Shown here: positions 27,648-37,415 of the stretch, one piece after another | Layout of the letters: each line of letters opens with the position of its first letter | How positions within the stretch are numbered: position 1 is the stretch's first letter | From: Fidelibacterota bacterium | GTDB taxonomy: Bacteria > Fidelibacterota > UBA2242 | DNA length: 64,000 nt | Assembly (NCBI GenBank): GCA_035448825.1 | Contig: DAOTJS010000005.1 | Location: forward strand, 6,096-70,095 | Direction of reading: 5' to 3' | Translations under genes and position numbers: made by a program | The notes under the pieces: generated by a model | Databases searched by the model: none | What the model was told of the DNA's origin: nothing | What the model saw: only the letters and a program-made list of their open reading frames with translations

Positions 27648-29234
27648 ATGAATGACAAATATTTGAAAATAAATCTCAAAAAATTTGTGCTAAGCATCTG
27701 CTTGCTTACCACCATCTTATTGGCACAATCAACTGATCGAGAAATCAATCTAAATTTCAATCAGATCGAAGGCCCATTAAATACTATGTTTAAGGAATGT
27801 ATTGGTGCCGGCCGCGCTAATGAAGGCTTACGCGCCGATTGGCAGAAACAATTGGCTTATGTCAAGAAGGAATGTGATTTCAAGTATATTCGTATGCATG
27901 GATTATTGACTGATGATATGGGAGTTTACCAAGAGGACCGAAACGGAAATCCGCAGTATAATTTTCAATACGTTGATGTCTTATACGATTATATTCTTGA
28001 AATCGGAATGAAACCTTTTGTGGAATTGGGATTTATGCCAAACGCTCTGGCAAGTGGCACAGAGACAATTTTCTGGTGGAAAGGAAATGTTACGCCGCCT
28101 AAGGATTATAAAAAATGGGAGGAACTGATTCGCAATTTGGCAATTCATTTTACAGAACGTTATGGTGAGGATGAAGTAAAAACCTGGTATTTTGAGGTAT
28201 GGAACGAGCCAAATCTTTCACCGGGTTTCTGGACTGGAACTCAGGAAGATTATTTTAAATTGTATAAACATTCTGCCATTGCTATCGAGAGTGTGAATAA
28301 TGAATATAAAGTCGGTGGACCTGCTACTGCCGGAGCCGCCTGGGAAGTGGAAATGATCGAGTTCTGTCAAAAGAATAACGTTCCTCTGGATTTTATCAGT
28401 ACCCACGCCTATGGTGTGGACCAGGGTTATCTTGATGAATTTGGCAATTCCGGTACTATCCTTGCCTCTGATCCAATGAGTCTGAGCAGAGATGTATTGA
28501 ATTCTCGTAAAGAAATCGCCGGTTCTTCTAGGCCAAATCTGGAACTTCATTATACCGAATGGAATTCTTCTTACACACCGGCTGATCCGATTCATGACAG
28601 TTACCATCAGGCTGCCTATATTCTCGACAAAATTAAAAAAGTTGGTGATGCTGCCAATTCAATGTCCTATTGGGTATTTACCGATATTTTTGAAGAAGCT
28701 GGTCCACGTTTGACACCCTTTCACGGTGGTTTCGGATTAATTAATTATCAGGGTATTGCAAAACCCGCTTTTTACGCTTATAAGTTTATGAATCAACTCG
28801 GAACAACAGAATTGAGTAACAGCGACTCCTGCTCCTGGGCAACCATTGATGCTAATGGAAATGTTCAAATTTTGCTATGGGATTTTACCTATACTCTACC
28901 TAAAGATTCGGTTGATAATCAGGATTATTACATTCGTGATTTGCCGGCAAAATCAAAAGGCAAGGTGAAAATCACTATTTCAAACATTCCTGAGGGAAAG
29001 TATATCGTAAAAGTCAACCAGGTGGGCTATCGGGTGAATGATCCCTATACAACCTATTATGATATGGGCAGACCTAATCAGCTGAACAAAGACCAGGTAC
29101 GAAAAATTAAAGAAGACAACAACGGTCGCCCAATCTCCAGTGAATATATTAAAATTAAAAAGGGAAAATCCTACTCTACAGAACTTGGAATTCGCGAAAA
29201 TGATGTTTTTCTAATTACTATAGAAAAACAATAG
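27648..29234 (+). CDS. GH39 beta-xylosidase-like glycoside hydrolase
   Basis: I prefer the ATG at 27648 (MNDKYLKINLKKFVLSICLL.., a signal peptide, with AAAGGAA upstream). FEVWNEPN and YTEWNSSY are the catalytic Glu blocks typical of GH39. Confidence 0.8.
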   Translation: MNDKYLKINLKKFVLSICLLTTILLAQSTDREINLNFNQIEGPLNTMFKECIGAGRANEGLRADWQKQLAYVKKECDFKYIRMHGLLTDDMGVYQEDRNGNPQYNFQYVDVLYDYILEIGMKPFVELGFMPNALASGTETIFWWKGNVTPPKDYKKWEELIRNLAIHFTERYGEDEVKTWYFEVWNEPNLSPGFWTGTQEDYFKLYKHSAIAIESVNNEYKVGGPATAGAAWEVEMIEFCQKNNVPLDFISTHAYGVDQGYLDEFGNSGTILASDPMSLSRDVLNSRKEIAGSSRPNLELHYTEWNSSYTPADPIHDSYHQAAYILDKIKKVGDAANSMSYWVFTDIFEEAGPRLTPFHGGFGLINYQGIAKPAFYAYKFMNQLGTTELSNSDSCSWATIDANGNVQILLWDFTYTLPKDSVDNQDYYIRDLPAKSKGKVKITISNIPEGKYIVKVNQVGYRVNDPYTTYYDMGRPNQLNKDQVRKIKEDNNGRPISSEYIKIKKGKSYSTELGIRENDVFLITIEKQ

Positions 29235-29310
29235 TATTGTAACTTAAAATTTTATTATAACCTCTATCGTTTTTTAATTGAGAAATTGTATGTTAGGCAC
29301 GATCTTTCGG

Positions 29311-29335
29311 AATGACCTTCTGAAGGATGATATTA
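29311..29335. repeat. REP copy (CCTTCNGAAGG family) upstream of the second transposase gene
   Basis: GGAATGACCTTCTGAAGGATGATAT is nearly identical to 24326-24350 (GGAATGACCTTCTGAAGGTTGATAT). Confidence 0.8.
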
Positions 29336-29407
29336 CTTTTGTTAATAAGGATAACTTTAAATAATTTAAGAAGAATTAGTAATCAGTAAATTCGAAGAAG
29401 AAACGTA

Positions 29408-30043
29408 TTGGAAAAAGATTATAAGTATTATCACCTTTATAATCGCGGTTGTAATCGGGAATTGATATTTTTCAAAGACGACCATTATCGTCTCTTACTG
29501 AGAAAAATTAAGGAAAATTATCAGAGATTTTCCCTTAGGATAATTGCCTATTGTTTGATGCCCAATCATTATCACTTAATGGTGGGAGTGCCTGTGGCCG
29601 AACCTTCCGAAGGTTTAAATATGAGATTTACGCAAAACGGTAATTTATCTTACCAACTTACGGAAGGTTCGGTTGCGCTCTCCCGGTTTATGCAGAGAGT
29701 TTTCAACGGCTATGTCCAGGCTGTTAATATTGATATGCACCGTAAAGGCACACTGTTTGAATCAAAATACAAATCCATTGTAATTGACAAGGAGGAATAT
29801 TTATTACAGTTGGTGCGTTATATTCATATTAATCCGGTGCTGGCTGGACTTTGTACAAATCCTGAAGATTGGGAATATTCAAATTGCAAGGAGTGGCTGG
29901 GGTTGAGAAAAGGAATATTGTTCGACTCCGAATTTTTTGGTACATATTTCCAAACAAATGAGCAGTACAGAGAATTTATTAATTCTTACAAAGAGGAAAA
30001 ACTTACCCAGAAGGAGATAAAAAGGTTTTGGATTGACTGGTGA
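29408..30043 (+). CDS. IS200-like / REP-associated tyrosine (Y1, HUH) transposase, second paralog
   Basis: 211 aa from a TTG start. YHLYNRGCNRELIFF at the N-terminus, HUH motif PNHYHLMV, and tyrosine motif VRYIHINPV. It contains an internal REP-like inverted repeat (29598-29672). Confidence 0.75.
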   Translation: MEKDYKYYHLYNRGCNRELIFFKDDHYRLLLRKIKENYQRFSLRIIAYCLMPNHYHLMVGVPVAEPSEGLNMRFTQNGNLSYQLTEGSVALSRFMQRVFNGYVQAVNIDMHRKGTLFESKYKSIVIDKEEYLLQLVRYIHINPVLAGLCTNPEDWEYSNCKEWLGLRKGILFDSEFFGTYFQTNEQYREFINSYKEEKLTQKEIKRFWIDW

Positions 30044-30054
30044 TCTATTTAAAT

Positions 30055-30117
30055 CCTTCAGAAAGTCTCAGATAGGTATATAAAAAGGTTGAGGTTAGCG
30101 ACTCGACTTTCTGAAGG
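30055..30117. repeat. REPIN-like inverted doublet, probably also the argD terminator
   Basis: CCTTCAGAAAGTC (30055-30067) and GACTTTCTGAAGG (30105-30117) are perfect 13-nt reverse complements, 6 nt from the argD stop. Confidence 0.8.
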
Positions 30118-30122
30118 TTTGC

Positions 30123-31286
30123 TTACGATTCCAGCAGCGCTTTTCCAATGATCGCAACCGCTTTGTCAATCTGTTCCTTAGTGACGTTTATAGCAGGCAT
30201 CAGGCGCAAAACAGTCTGGTGCGTGCAATTAATCAGCAGATTTTGGGCGCGGCACTTGTCAACGATTTCCGCCCCGGGCTTGGTCAGTTCAACGCCCAGC
30301 ATAAGTCCGAGCCCACGAATTTCGCGGATTAATGGCGATTGGCTCTTCAGTTCTTCCAATTTTTGCCGGAAATAAGCGCCCATTTCAACGGCATTCTCAA
30401 GCAGGTTTTCCTCGTGAATAGCTTGAAAAACCGCGATTCCGGCGGCGCAAGCCAGCGGGCTGCCGCCGAAAGTTGAACCGTGACTACCAGGTTGTAAAAT
30501 ATTGCAATATTTGCGTGCCACGGCAAAAGCACCAATCGGCATGCCGCCGCCGAGTGATTTGGCGAGAGTCATAACATCCGGTTGGACATCGAAATGTTGG
30601 TAAGCAAACATTTTACCGGTGCGCCCGATACCGGTCTGAACTTCATCAATGATTAGCATAGCGTCAAACTGGTTGCAAAGTTCACGAGCCGTCTGGATGA
30701 ATTCTCGAGTAACTGCGGTAATACCACCTTCGCCTTGAACGACTTCAAGCATAATAGCCGCCACGTTTTCGTTCATTAAACTTGCGAGCATGGCGCAATC
30801 ATTGATATCGCAATAGACAAAACCACCAAGCAGGGGATCAAAGCCTTTCTGGTATTCGCTCTGGCCGGTTGCGGTAACCGTAGCCAGCGTGCGTCCATGA
30901 AAGGAATTATTCAGCGTAATGATCGTTTTCTTATTGGGGTTGCGTTTGCGCACTAACTTCAGCGCTCCTTCATTGGCTTCGGCGCCGCTATTGCCGAAGA
31001 AAACCTGTCCATCGAAACTGTCTTTAATGATTAGTTTAGCCAGTTCGCCGGCTTTCTCGTTATAATACACATTTGGCACGTGCATAATTTTGTCCAATTG
31101 TTCGTGCAGAGCCGCGACGACTTTTGGATGGCAATGGCCGATATTGCCGCTACCCCAGCCGGGGAAAAAGTCGAGGTACTCGTTACCTTCATCATCCCAG
31201 ACCTGCATACCGCGTCCTTTTACCAATGTAATTGGGAAACGCTTGTAAGTCGGTAAAACGTAATTATCGAATTCTTTCCGATCCAT
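30123..31286 (-). CDS. argD: acetylornithine aminotransferase
   Basis: 387 aa class-III aminotransferase (GNSGAEANEGALK, DEVQTGIGRTG, TLAKSLGGG). Confidence 0.92.
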   Translation of the reverse strand: MDRKEFDNYVLPTYKRFPITLVKGRGMQVWDDEGNEYLDFFPGWGSGNIGHCHPKVVAALHEQLDKIMHVPNVYYNEKAGELAKLIIKDSFDGQVFFGNSGAEANEGALKLVRKRNPNKKTIITLNNSFHGRTLATVTATGQSEYQKGFDPLLGGFVYCDINDCAMLASLMNENVAAIMLEVVQGEGGITAVTREFIQTARELCNQFDAMLIIDEVQTGIGRTGKMFAYQHFDVQPDVMTLAKSLGGGMPIGAFAVARKYCNILQPGSHGSTFGGSPLACAAGIAVFQAIHEENLLENAVEMGAYFRQKLEELKSQSPLIREIRGLGLMLGVELTKPGAEIVDKCRAQNLLINCTHQTVLRLMPAINVTKEQIDKAVAIIGKALLES

Positions 31287-32157
31287 CTTTTAATATCTCC
31301 GTTCCTATTCCTTCTTTAGTGAAAATTTCAAGTAAGAGCGAGTGCTTGATGCGCCCATCTATAATGTGACCTTTGTTGACGCCGAACCGCAAAGCGTCGA
31401 GGCAGGAGTTGACTTTAGGGATCATACCGCCCTCGATGATGCCCTCGGCAATCAGTTTTTCAGCCTCTTTGCGATTAATGGTACTAATGACACTTTTCTC
31501 ATCGCCGGGTATACGTAAAATGCCGGGGGTATCAGTTAAATAAACTAACTTGCGAGCTCCAATCGAAGCCGCGATTTCACCCGCTACGAGGTCGGCATTG
31601 ACATTATAGCTCTGGCCATCATCGCCTAAACCTATTGGCGCAATCACGGGAATTTTTCCAGTTTCTACAATACGATTAAGAAAATTAGCGTTAATGTAGC
31701 GCACCTGACCAACGAAACCCAGGTCTACCGATTGCCCGTTATTTTCGGTGAACATTTTATCAACGCGAATTAATCCATTATCGAGACCGGAAATACCAAC
31801 TGCCTCGCCGTCCATCATATTTAGTAGGTTGACAATTTGAGCATTGATTTTATGGGCGAGAACATTTTCGACGATTTCCATAGTTTTACGGTCAGTGACG
31901 CGCAGTCCATTAACGAATTGTGGCTTGACTCCACGATTATTCATTGCTTCGCTAATGGCTTTGCCACCGCCATGAATAATTACCGGCAACCAGCCGACAT
32001 ATTTCATAAAGACAATGTCCTGCAAAACGGATTTCATCGCGTTTTCACTATCCATAATACTGCCGCCGAATTTGATAACGATTTTTTTGCCGTGAAATGC
32101 CTTGATGAAAGGCAGTGCTTCTATCAAAACAGCGGCTTTGTCAATGATTTTTTGCAT
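31264..32157 (-). CDS. argB: acetylglutamate kinase
   Basis: 297 aa: VIKFGGSIM, IIHGGG, NVNADLVAG. Confidence 0.93.
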   Translation of the reverse strand: MQKIIDKAAVLIEALPFIKAFHGKKIVIKFGGSIMDSENAMKSVLQDIVFMKYVGWLPVIIHGGGKAISEAMNNRGVKPQFVNGLRVTDRKTMEIVENVLAHKINAQIVNLLNMMDGEAVGISGLDNGLIRVDKMFTENNGQSVDLGFVGQVRYINANFLNRIVETGKIPVIAPIGLGDDGQSYNVNADLVAGEIAASIGARKLVYLTDTPGILRIPGDEKSVISTINRKEAEKLIAEGIIEGGMIPKVNSCLDALRFGVNKGHIIDGRIKHSLLLEIFTKEGIGTEILKDGSERIR

Positions 32158-32165
32158 AGAATCCT

Positions 32166-33374
32166 CTAAGTATGATATTGAGCGTTAATTTTGATATAGT
32201 CGTAGGAAAGGTCGGTAGTGTAAACTACAGCGCCGGCTTTTCCGAGGTTACAATCGAGTACAATATCCAGCTCGACCGGCGTCATCATACATTGAATTTC
32301 AGTTTTGTTCAAACCAAGCGGTTCACCCTGCCGATAGAGGTAAACTCCATTGATGCGCAAATCAGCAACGGCCGGATCAAAATGGGCAAATACCATTCCC
32401 GCCGCGGAGAGAATTCGACCCCAATTTGGGTCACATCCGAAGAGAGCGGCTTTGACCAGCATGGAATTGGCGATGCCGAAGGCCATTTTTTTAGCGTCGT
32501 CGAAACTAGCGGCGCCATTGACCGTCACCGTCACGAACTTGGTGGCGCCTTCGCCGTCTCGGACAATGGACTTGGCCATTTCGGTCATTAGTATCAGGAG
32601 AGCATTTTCAAAAATTTCAGCGGCCGGCGAACCGGCGGTAATTGTCTGATTACCTGCTAAACCGTTTGCCATAATCAAGGCGGTATCGTTGGTGCTGGTA
32701 TGACCGTCAACAGTGATCATATTGTAAGTTTTTGCGACCGCTGTGGCGAAAGTCTTTTCCAGAAAATCATGGTCAATGTCGGCGTCAGTAGTGACGAAAG
32801 CCAGAGTCGTTGCCATATTAGGCTGAATCATACCGGAACCTTTGGTGATGCCGCAGAGCTTGATTTCTGCGCCATTGACTTTGAATTTTAAGCCGAAAGA
32901 TTTTTCGACGGTATCGGTTGTCAATATCGCTTCGGCGCAGGCGGTACCGCCTTCCACACTAAGGCGCGGTACGAGGTGGGCAATACCATTCAGCATTTTT
33001 TCCATATCCAGGCGATGGCCAATTACGCCAGTGCTGGAAGCCAGAATCAATTCCTCCGGAATATTAAGCTGGGCGGCCAGCAAACTCAGAGTTTCGTGTA
33101 CATCGTTCAAACCCTGCTGACCGGTACCAGCATTGGCATTACCGGAATTGATGATCAAAGCCTGCAGGCGATTACCGGATTTGCGTAAATTTTCCATAGC
33201 GACGATAAGCGGCGCGGCTTTGACGGCATTGGTGGTGAATTTAGCTGAACATTTAGCCGGCACGTCGCTTTTGATGATGCACAGGTCTTGGCGTTTGCGC
33301 TTGAAGCCGGCATGCATTGCCGCACCGGTAAAACCTTTTGGGTCGGTGATTTTAGAATTGTCGTAAAAATTCAT
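32166..33374 (-). CDS. argJ: bifunctional ornithine acetyltransferase / N-acetylglutamate synthase
   Basis: 402 aa with the ArgJ autoprocessing region ..MIQPNMATTLAFVTTDA... Confidence 0.93.
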   Translation of the reverse strand: MNFYDNSKITDPKGFTGAAMHAGFKRKRQDLCIIKSDVPAKCSAKFTTNAVKAAPLIVAMENLRKSGNRLQALIINSGNANAGTGQQGLNDVHETLSLLAAQLNIPEELILASSTGVIGHRLDMEKMLNGIAHLVPRLSVEGGTACAEAILTTDTVEKSFGLKFKVNGAEIKLCGITKGSGMIQPNMATTLAFVTTDADIDHDFLEKTFATAVAKTYNMITVDGHTSTNDTALIMANGLAGNQTITAGSPAAEIFENALLILMTEMAKSIVRDGEGATKFVTVTVNGAASFDDAKKMAFGIANSMLVKAALFGCDPNWGRILSAAGMVFAHFDPAVADLRINGVYLYRQGEPLGLNKTEIQCMMTPVELDIVLDCNLGKAGAVVYTTDLSYDYIKINAQYHT

Positions 33375-33386
33375 ATTATTCCATCC

Positions 33387-34433
33387 TTATAATAATCCGG
33401 TTGTTTCAGGATAACCGAGCATGATGTTCAAATTCTGGACTGCCTGCCCGGAAGCGCCTTTAATTAAATTGTCAATTGCGCTTAGCAGAATCAAGTGGTC
33501 GCCGATAACTTTCAAGCCAATATCGCAAAAATTGCTATTGGCGACGTTTTTTAATTGCGGAATCTGGTTATTCGGCAAAATGCGCACGAAGGGTTCCTCT
33601 CGATAGTCCTTTTGATATAAAGTCAATAATTCGGTTTGAGGAATTGGCCGCCGCAATTTGGCGTAAATCGTGCTAAAAATACCGCGTGTCAAAGGTACAA
33701 GATGAGGCACGAAGATTATATCAACTGCCGAATCGGCCATTTTGCTCAATTCCTGTTCGATTTCCGGCTCATGTTGATGCGAGGCGACTTTATAGGCGGT
33801 CAGGTTCTCGTTACATTCGGGGAAGTGATAAGCCGGTTTGGGAGCACGTCCAGCGCCGGAAACTCCGGTTTTGCTATCAACGAAAATTGCCGTGGTTTCG
33901 ATTAATCCGGCTTGTAAAACCGGCTTCAAAGCCAGTTCTATTCCAGTGGGAAAACAGCCGGGATTGGCGATGGTTTTAGCTGTCTTGATCTTAGCGCGGT
34001 TAAATTCCGGCAGACCATAGACAAAGTCCGGCAAATGCTTACGGTCAGCGTGGGCAACGCCATAAGTATTTTGGTAAAGTTCCGCCGAGTTAAGGCGATA
34101 GTCGGCACTAAGATCAATCAATAATTTTTCACTTCCCATAAAATCCGGGACGTAGGTCATACTAACCGTATGCGGCAAACAAAAGAAAATTACATCGCTT
34201 TCGCGTTTGATTTCCGGAACGTCAATCGCAGTACAGGTTAAATCGCATAGTCCTTTTAGTGCCGGAAAAATGTCCGAAAGACACAAACCGACTTCTTCAG
34301 CGATTACTGCCAGACGGCTGATCGTTACGTACGGATGGTGTAGCAGAATTTTTACTAGTTCGAAACCGGCGTAGCCAGTAGCGCCGACTACAGATACACG
34401 AATTTTAGCATTTTTTTTCATTTTTTCCCTCAT
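33387..34433 (-). CDS. argC: N-acetyl-gamma-glutamyl-phosphate reductase
   Basis: 348 aa: VSVVGATGYAG and active-site ANPGCFPT. The start may be the Met at 34421 (MKKNAKIRV..). It overlaps the argH 3' end either way. Confidence 0.92.
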   Translation of the reverse strand: MREKMKKNAKIRVSVVGATGYAGFELVKILLHHPYVTISRLAVIAEEVGLCLSDIFPALKGLCDLTCTAIDVPEIKRESDVIFFCLPHTVSMTYVPDFMGSEKLLIDLSADYRLNSAELYQNTYGVAHADRKHLPDFVYGLPEFNRAKIKTAKTIANPGCFPTGIELALKPVLQAGLIETTAIFVDSKTGVSGAGRAPKPAYHFPECNENLTAYKVASHQHEPEIEQELSKMADSAVDIIFVPHLVPLTRGIFSTIYAKLRRPIPQTELLTLYQKDYREEPFVRILPNNQIPQLKNVANSNFCDIGLKVIGDHLILLSAIDNLIKGASGQAVQNLNIMLGYPETTGLL

Positions 34434-35604
34434 ATTCCTGACTGATTTGACGATAAGCTTCGCGGAAAGGCACGCCGTTTTTTACTAATTGATAGACTTT
34501 CTCGGTAGCAAATAATTCAGAAGTCATAGCTTGCCGACAGTTTTTACGGTTGACCGCTAAATTTTCAAATAAAACCGTGGTAATTTGAACCGATGCCAGG
34601 GTTGTTTTAAAGGCTCGGATAATGGCTTCTTTGGTCAATTGCAGGTCGCGATGATAGCCGGAAATTAAGTTTACCGGGGTATTGCGAACCTGCATTTCAT
34701 AGGCGAAAACCTCATAATATTTGGCGCGCAATAATTCCAGCACGTCCGGATTTTTCTTGTGCGGCATAATGGATGAGCCGGTGAGAAATTCCTCCGGAAG
34801 GGTGAAATAATTAAACTCCGGCATTGTAAATACAATGAGATCGGAGGCAACTTTGTTTAAATCATACATAATTTGTGACATTACGCTGAGAGCAAAACCT
34901 TCGAATTTGCCGCGACTATTTTGAGCGTAAATCGGATTTTCTTGAATGCGAGCGAAATGTAACTCTGTGGTCGTCATCTGGCGATCGAGAGCCAGCGGAA
35001 CGCCATAGCCAGCGCCGGTGCCAAGTGGATTTTGATCAATCAATTTCGTAGCACAGGCTAGCAAATCAAGGTCATCCGTGAGGGCATCTCGCAGAGCGCC
35101 AGCCCACATTGCGACGCTGGATGGCATAGCTTTGCGCGTGTGCGTAAAACCGGGAATCGCAATCTCGCCGTATTTTTGGATAAATGCGGCGATAGTTGAG
35201 ATCGTAGTTTGAACGGCGGATGAAATCTCATTTAATTTAGTTTTGCAGTAAAGACGCAAAGCCGTTAAGACCTGATCATTGCGACTGCGACCGGTATGGA
35301 TTTTTTCACCGGCAACGCCGATTTTCTGGGTCAGGAAATTTTCGATAGCTGTGTGGCAATCTTCATCTTCGGGGCGAATAACAAATTGACCTTTGGCATG
35401 TAAATCGAGGATTTGATCAATTCCGGTGAGTAAATCTGCTGTTTCAGAGTCCGAAAGAATGCCGATTTTGTTCAGCATGCGAGCGTGAGCTCTGGAAGCC
35501 TGGCAGTCGAACGGTACAAGTTCCTGATCGAGTAGATAGTCGTTGCCGACGGTGAATTTTTCGACAGCGGCGTTGAGATCATATTTTTTTTGCCAAAGTT
35601 TCAT
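34405..35604 (-). CDS. argH: argininosuccinate lyase (short C-terminus)
   Basis: 399 aa with fumarate-lyase signature GSSIMPHKKNPD. It ends about 15 residues after the VPFREAY block. Confidence 0.9.
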   Translation of the reverse strand: MKLWQKKYDLNAAVEKFTVGNDYLLDQELVPFDCQASRAHARMLNKIGILSDSETADLLTGIDQILDLHAKGQFVIRPEDEDCHTAIENFLTQKIGVAGEKIHTGRSRNDQVLTALRLYCKTKLNEISSAVQTTISTIAAFIQKYGEIAIPGFTHTRKAMPSSVAMWAGALRDALTDDLDLLACATKLIDQNPLGTGAGYGVPLALDRQMTTTELHFARIQENPIYAQNSRGKFEGFALSVMSQIMYDLNKVASDLIVFTMPEFNYFTLPEEFLTGSSIMPHKKNPDVLELLRAKYYEVFAYEMQVRNTPVNLISGYHRDLQLTKEAIIRAFKTTLASVQITTVLFENLAVNRKNCRQAMTSELFATEKVYQLVKNGVPFREAYRQISQEYEGKNEKKC

Positions 35605-35607
35605 AGG

Positions 35608-36858
35608 CTAATCCTTGATGCGCCAGTTGTAGGGTTTTTTCTTTTTGAGGACGATTTTATGAGCTTTCAAACGGAGAGCATTGACGCGAATAAAGCCCAG
35701 ACTGTCATTAGCATTGAAACCGCCTTCGATGTCCATACTCGATAAAGCCTGATTGTATAACGAAATTGGCGAACGACGTCCGATGGGAATGACATTGCCT
35801 TTGTAGATGGCGACCGTGACCGAGCCGTCAATCTTTTCCTGACTTTTCTCGAAAGCACTCATTAAAAAATCCATTTCAGGCGAAAACCAGAAGCCGTTGT
35901 AGATTAATTCGGCGAATTTTGGCGAAAGCATATCCCGCAGATGCATCACTTCCTTATCCATAGCAATACCTTCCAGGTCGCGGTGCGCCGCCCACAGAAT
36001 CGTAGCGCCGGGAGTTTCATAGACGCCGCGCGATTTGATGCCGACGAAGCGGTTCTCGACCATATCAACTCGTCCGACGCCATTCTGACTGCCAATTTCA
36101 TTAAGATAACAAAAAAGTTCTAAAGAATCTTCTTTGACGATACCATCGCTGAGATTTGTAACTTTAATCGGATAACCGTCTTTGAATTCTATTTCCAAAA
36201 TCGTCTCTTTATCCGGCGCAACTTGCGGCGAGACGGTTCGGCTGAAGACATTTTCCGGCGGTCGGAAAGCCGGGTCTTCAAGAACACCGGCTTCGTGGCT
36301 AATGTGCATCAGATTTTCGTCTTCGCTGTAAGATTTGGCTAAAGAAGCCTTGACGGGAATGTTCCACTTTTCCGCATATCTAATCAAGTCACTGCGGCCT
36401 TTGAATTCGGCGAGAAACCCCGGGTCTTTCCAGGGCGAAATCACAATTGCATCGGTATCAAGGGCATAATAAGCAAATTCAAAGCGAACCTGGTCATTGC
36501 CTTTGCCGGTTGCGCCGTGAGCGTAGTAATGGGTTTTTTCTATCTGGGCGATCTCGACTTGCCTCTGAGCAATTAAAGGACGTGCCAGAGACGTGCCTAA
36601 CAAATAACGTCCTTCGTAGATGGCATTACCGCGCAAAGCTGCGAAAATATAGTCGTTCACAAATTCGCGGCGCAGGTCTTCGATATAGACTTTCGAAGCG
36701 CCAGTTTTGAGGGCTTTTTGCTCGACGGCGGCAAAATCTTCCCGCTGGCCGACATTGGCGACATAGCAAATTACCTCATAGCCTTTATTGACGAGCCACC
36801 TGAGGATTACCGAGGTATCCAGACCTCCACTATAGGCTAATATTACTTTTTTGGGCAT
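35608..36858 (-). CDS. argG: argininosuccinate synthase
   Basis: 416 aa: AYSGGLDTS and [14 protein letters not shown]. Confidence 0.95.
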   Translation of the reverse strand: MPKKVILAYSGGLDTSVILRWLVNKGYEVICYVANVGQREDFAAVEQKALKTGASKVYIEDLRREFVNDYIFAALRGNAIYEGRYLLGTSLARPLIAQRQVEIAQIEKTHYYAHGATGKGNDQVRFEFAYYALDTDAIVISPWKDPGFLAEFKGRSDLIRYAEKWNIPVKASLAKSYSEDENLMHISHEAGVLEDPAFRPPENVFSRTVSPQVAPDKETILEIEFKDGYPIKVTNLSDGIVKEDSLELFCYLNEIGSQNGVGRVDMVENRFVGIKSRGVYETPGATILWAAHRDLEGIAMDKEVMHLRDMLSPKFAELIYNGFWFSPEMDFLMSAFEKSQEKIDGSVTVAIYKGNVIPIGRRSPISLYNQALSSMDIEGGFNANDSLGFIRVNALRLKAHKIVLKKKKPYNWRIKD

Positions 36859-36934
36859 TGATTAATTCCTTTTATAATAGTTAATTCTACCGGATAGATA
36901 TATTAGTTAAGGTTAACTTTATGAAAATCCCGGC

Positions 36935-37408
36935 CTAAATTCGATTACGTAATTCCGGGCAACGTTCCACGAGCGCCGATCGAAAGCGCTCGTGAGACAA
37001 TCCTTCTTTTAGGATAATTAAAACGGTATCATCACCGGCAATTGTGCCGATTATTTCATCCATTTCATAGGCATCAAGAAGCAGAGCGACACTCGGAGCG
37101 AAAGAGGGCAGACATTTAAGCACAGCGAGATTACCGGAAAAGGAGATCGAACGGCAGGTTTGCAGAGGAGAGCTGCCTTCGACCGACGGCTTTGAACTTT
37201 GAAAGTTTTCGGAAAGCGCATAAATATACCCTTTCTCGGCATCGGGGACTTTAATAATCTTCAAAGCCATTAAGTCGCGCGAAAGAGTTGCCTGGGTTGT
37301 GGCAAAACCCTGTTTTTCGAGAACGTCTTTTAATTCGTTCTGGTTAGAAATTTGTCCGGAGGCAATAATTTTCCGGATAGCTCTGTGTCGGTCTCTTTTA
37401 GTATTCAT
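36935..37408 (-). CDS. argR: arginine repressor
   Basis: I prefer the Met at 37408 (MNTKRDRHRAIRKIIASGQISNQNELKDVLEKQGFATTQATLSRDL.., an ArgR winged-helix N-terminus). The C-terminal oligomerisation block is GTIAGDDTVLII. The ORF-track start at 37504 adds a non-homologous extension. Confidence 0.88.
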   Translation of the reverse strand: MNTKRDRHRAIRKIIASGQISNQNELKDVLEKQGFATTQATLSRDLMALKIIKVPDAEKGYIYALSENFQSSKPSVEGSSPLQTCRSISFSGNLAVLKCLPSFAPSVALLLDAYEMDEIIGTIAGDDTVLIILKEGLSHERFRSALVERCPELRNRI

Positions 37409-37415
37409 CTTAAAA

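Noticed and set aside
24530-29234. The GH5/GH43/GH39 cluster as a canonical polysaccharide utilisation locus.
   Set aside because: There is no SusC/SusD-like pair or hybrid two-component/ECF regulator in or next to the cluster within this window.
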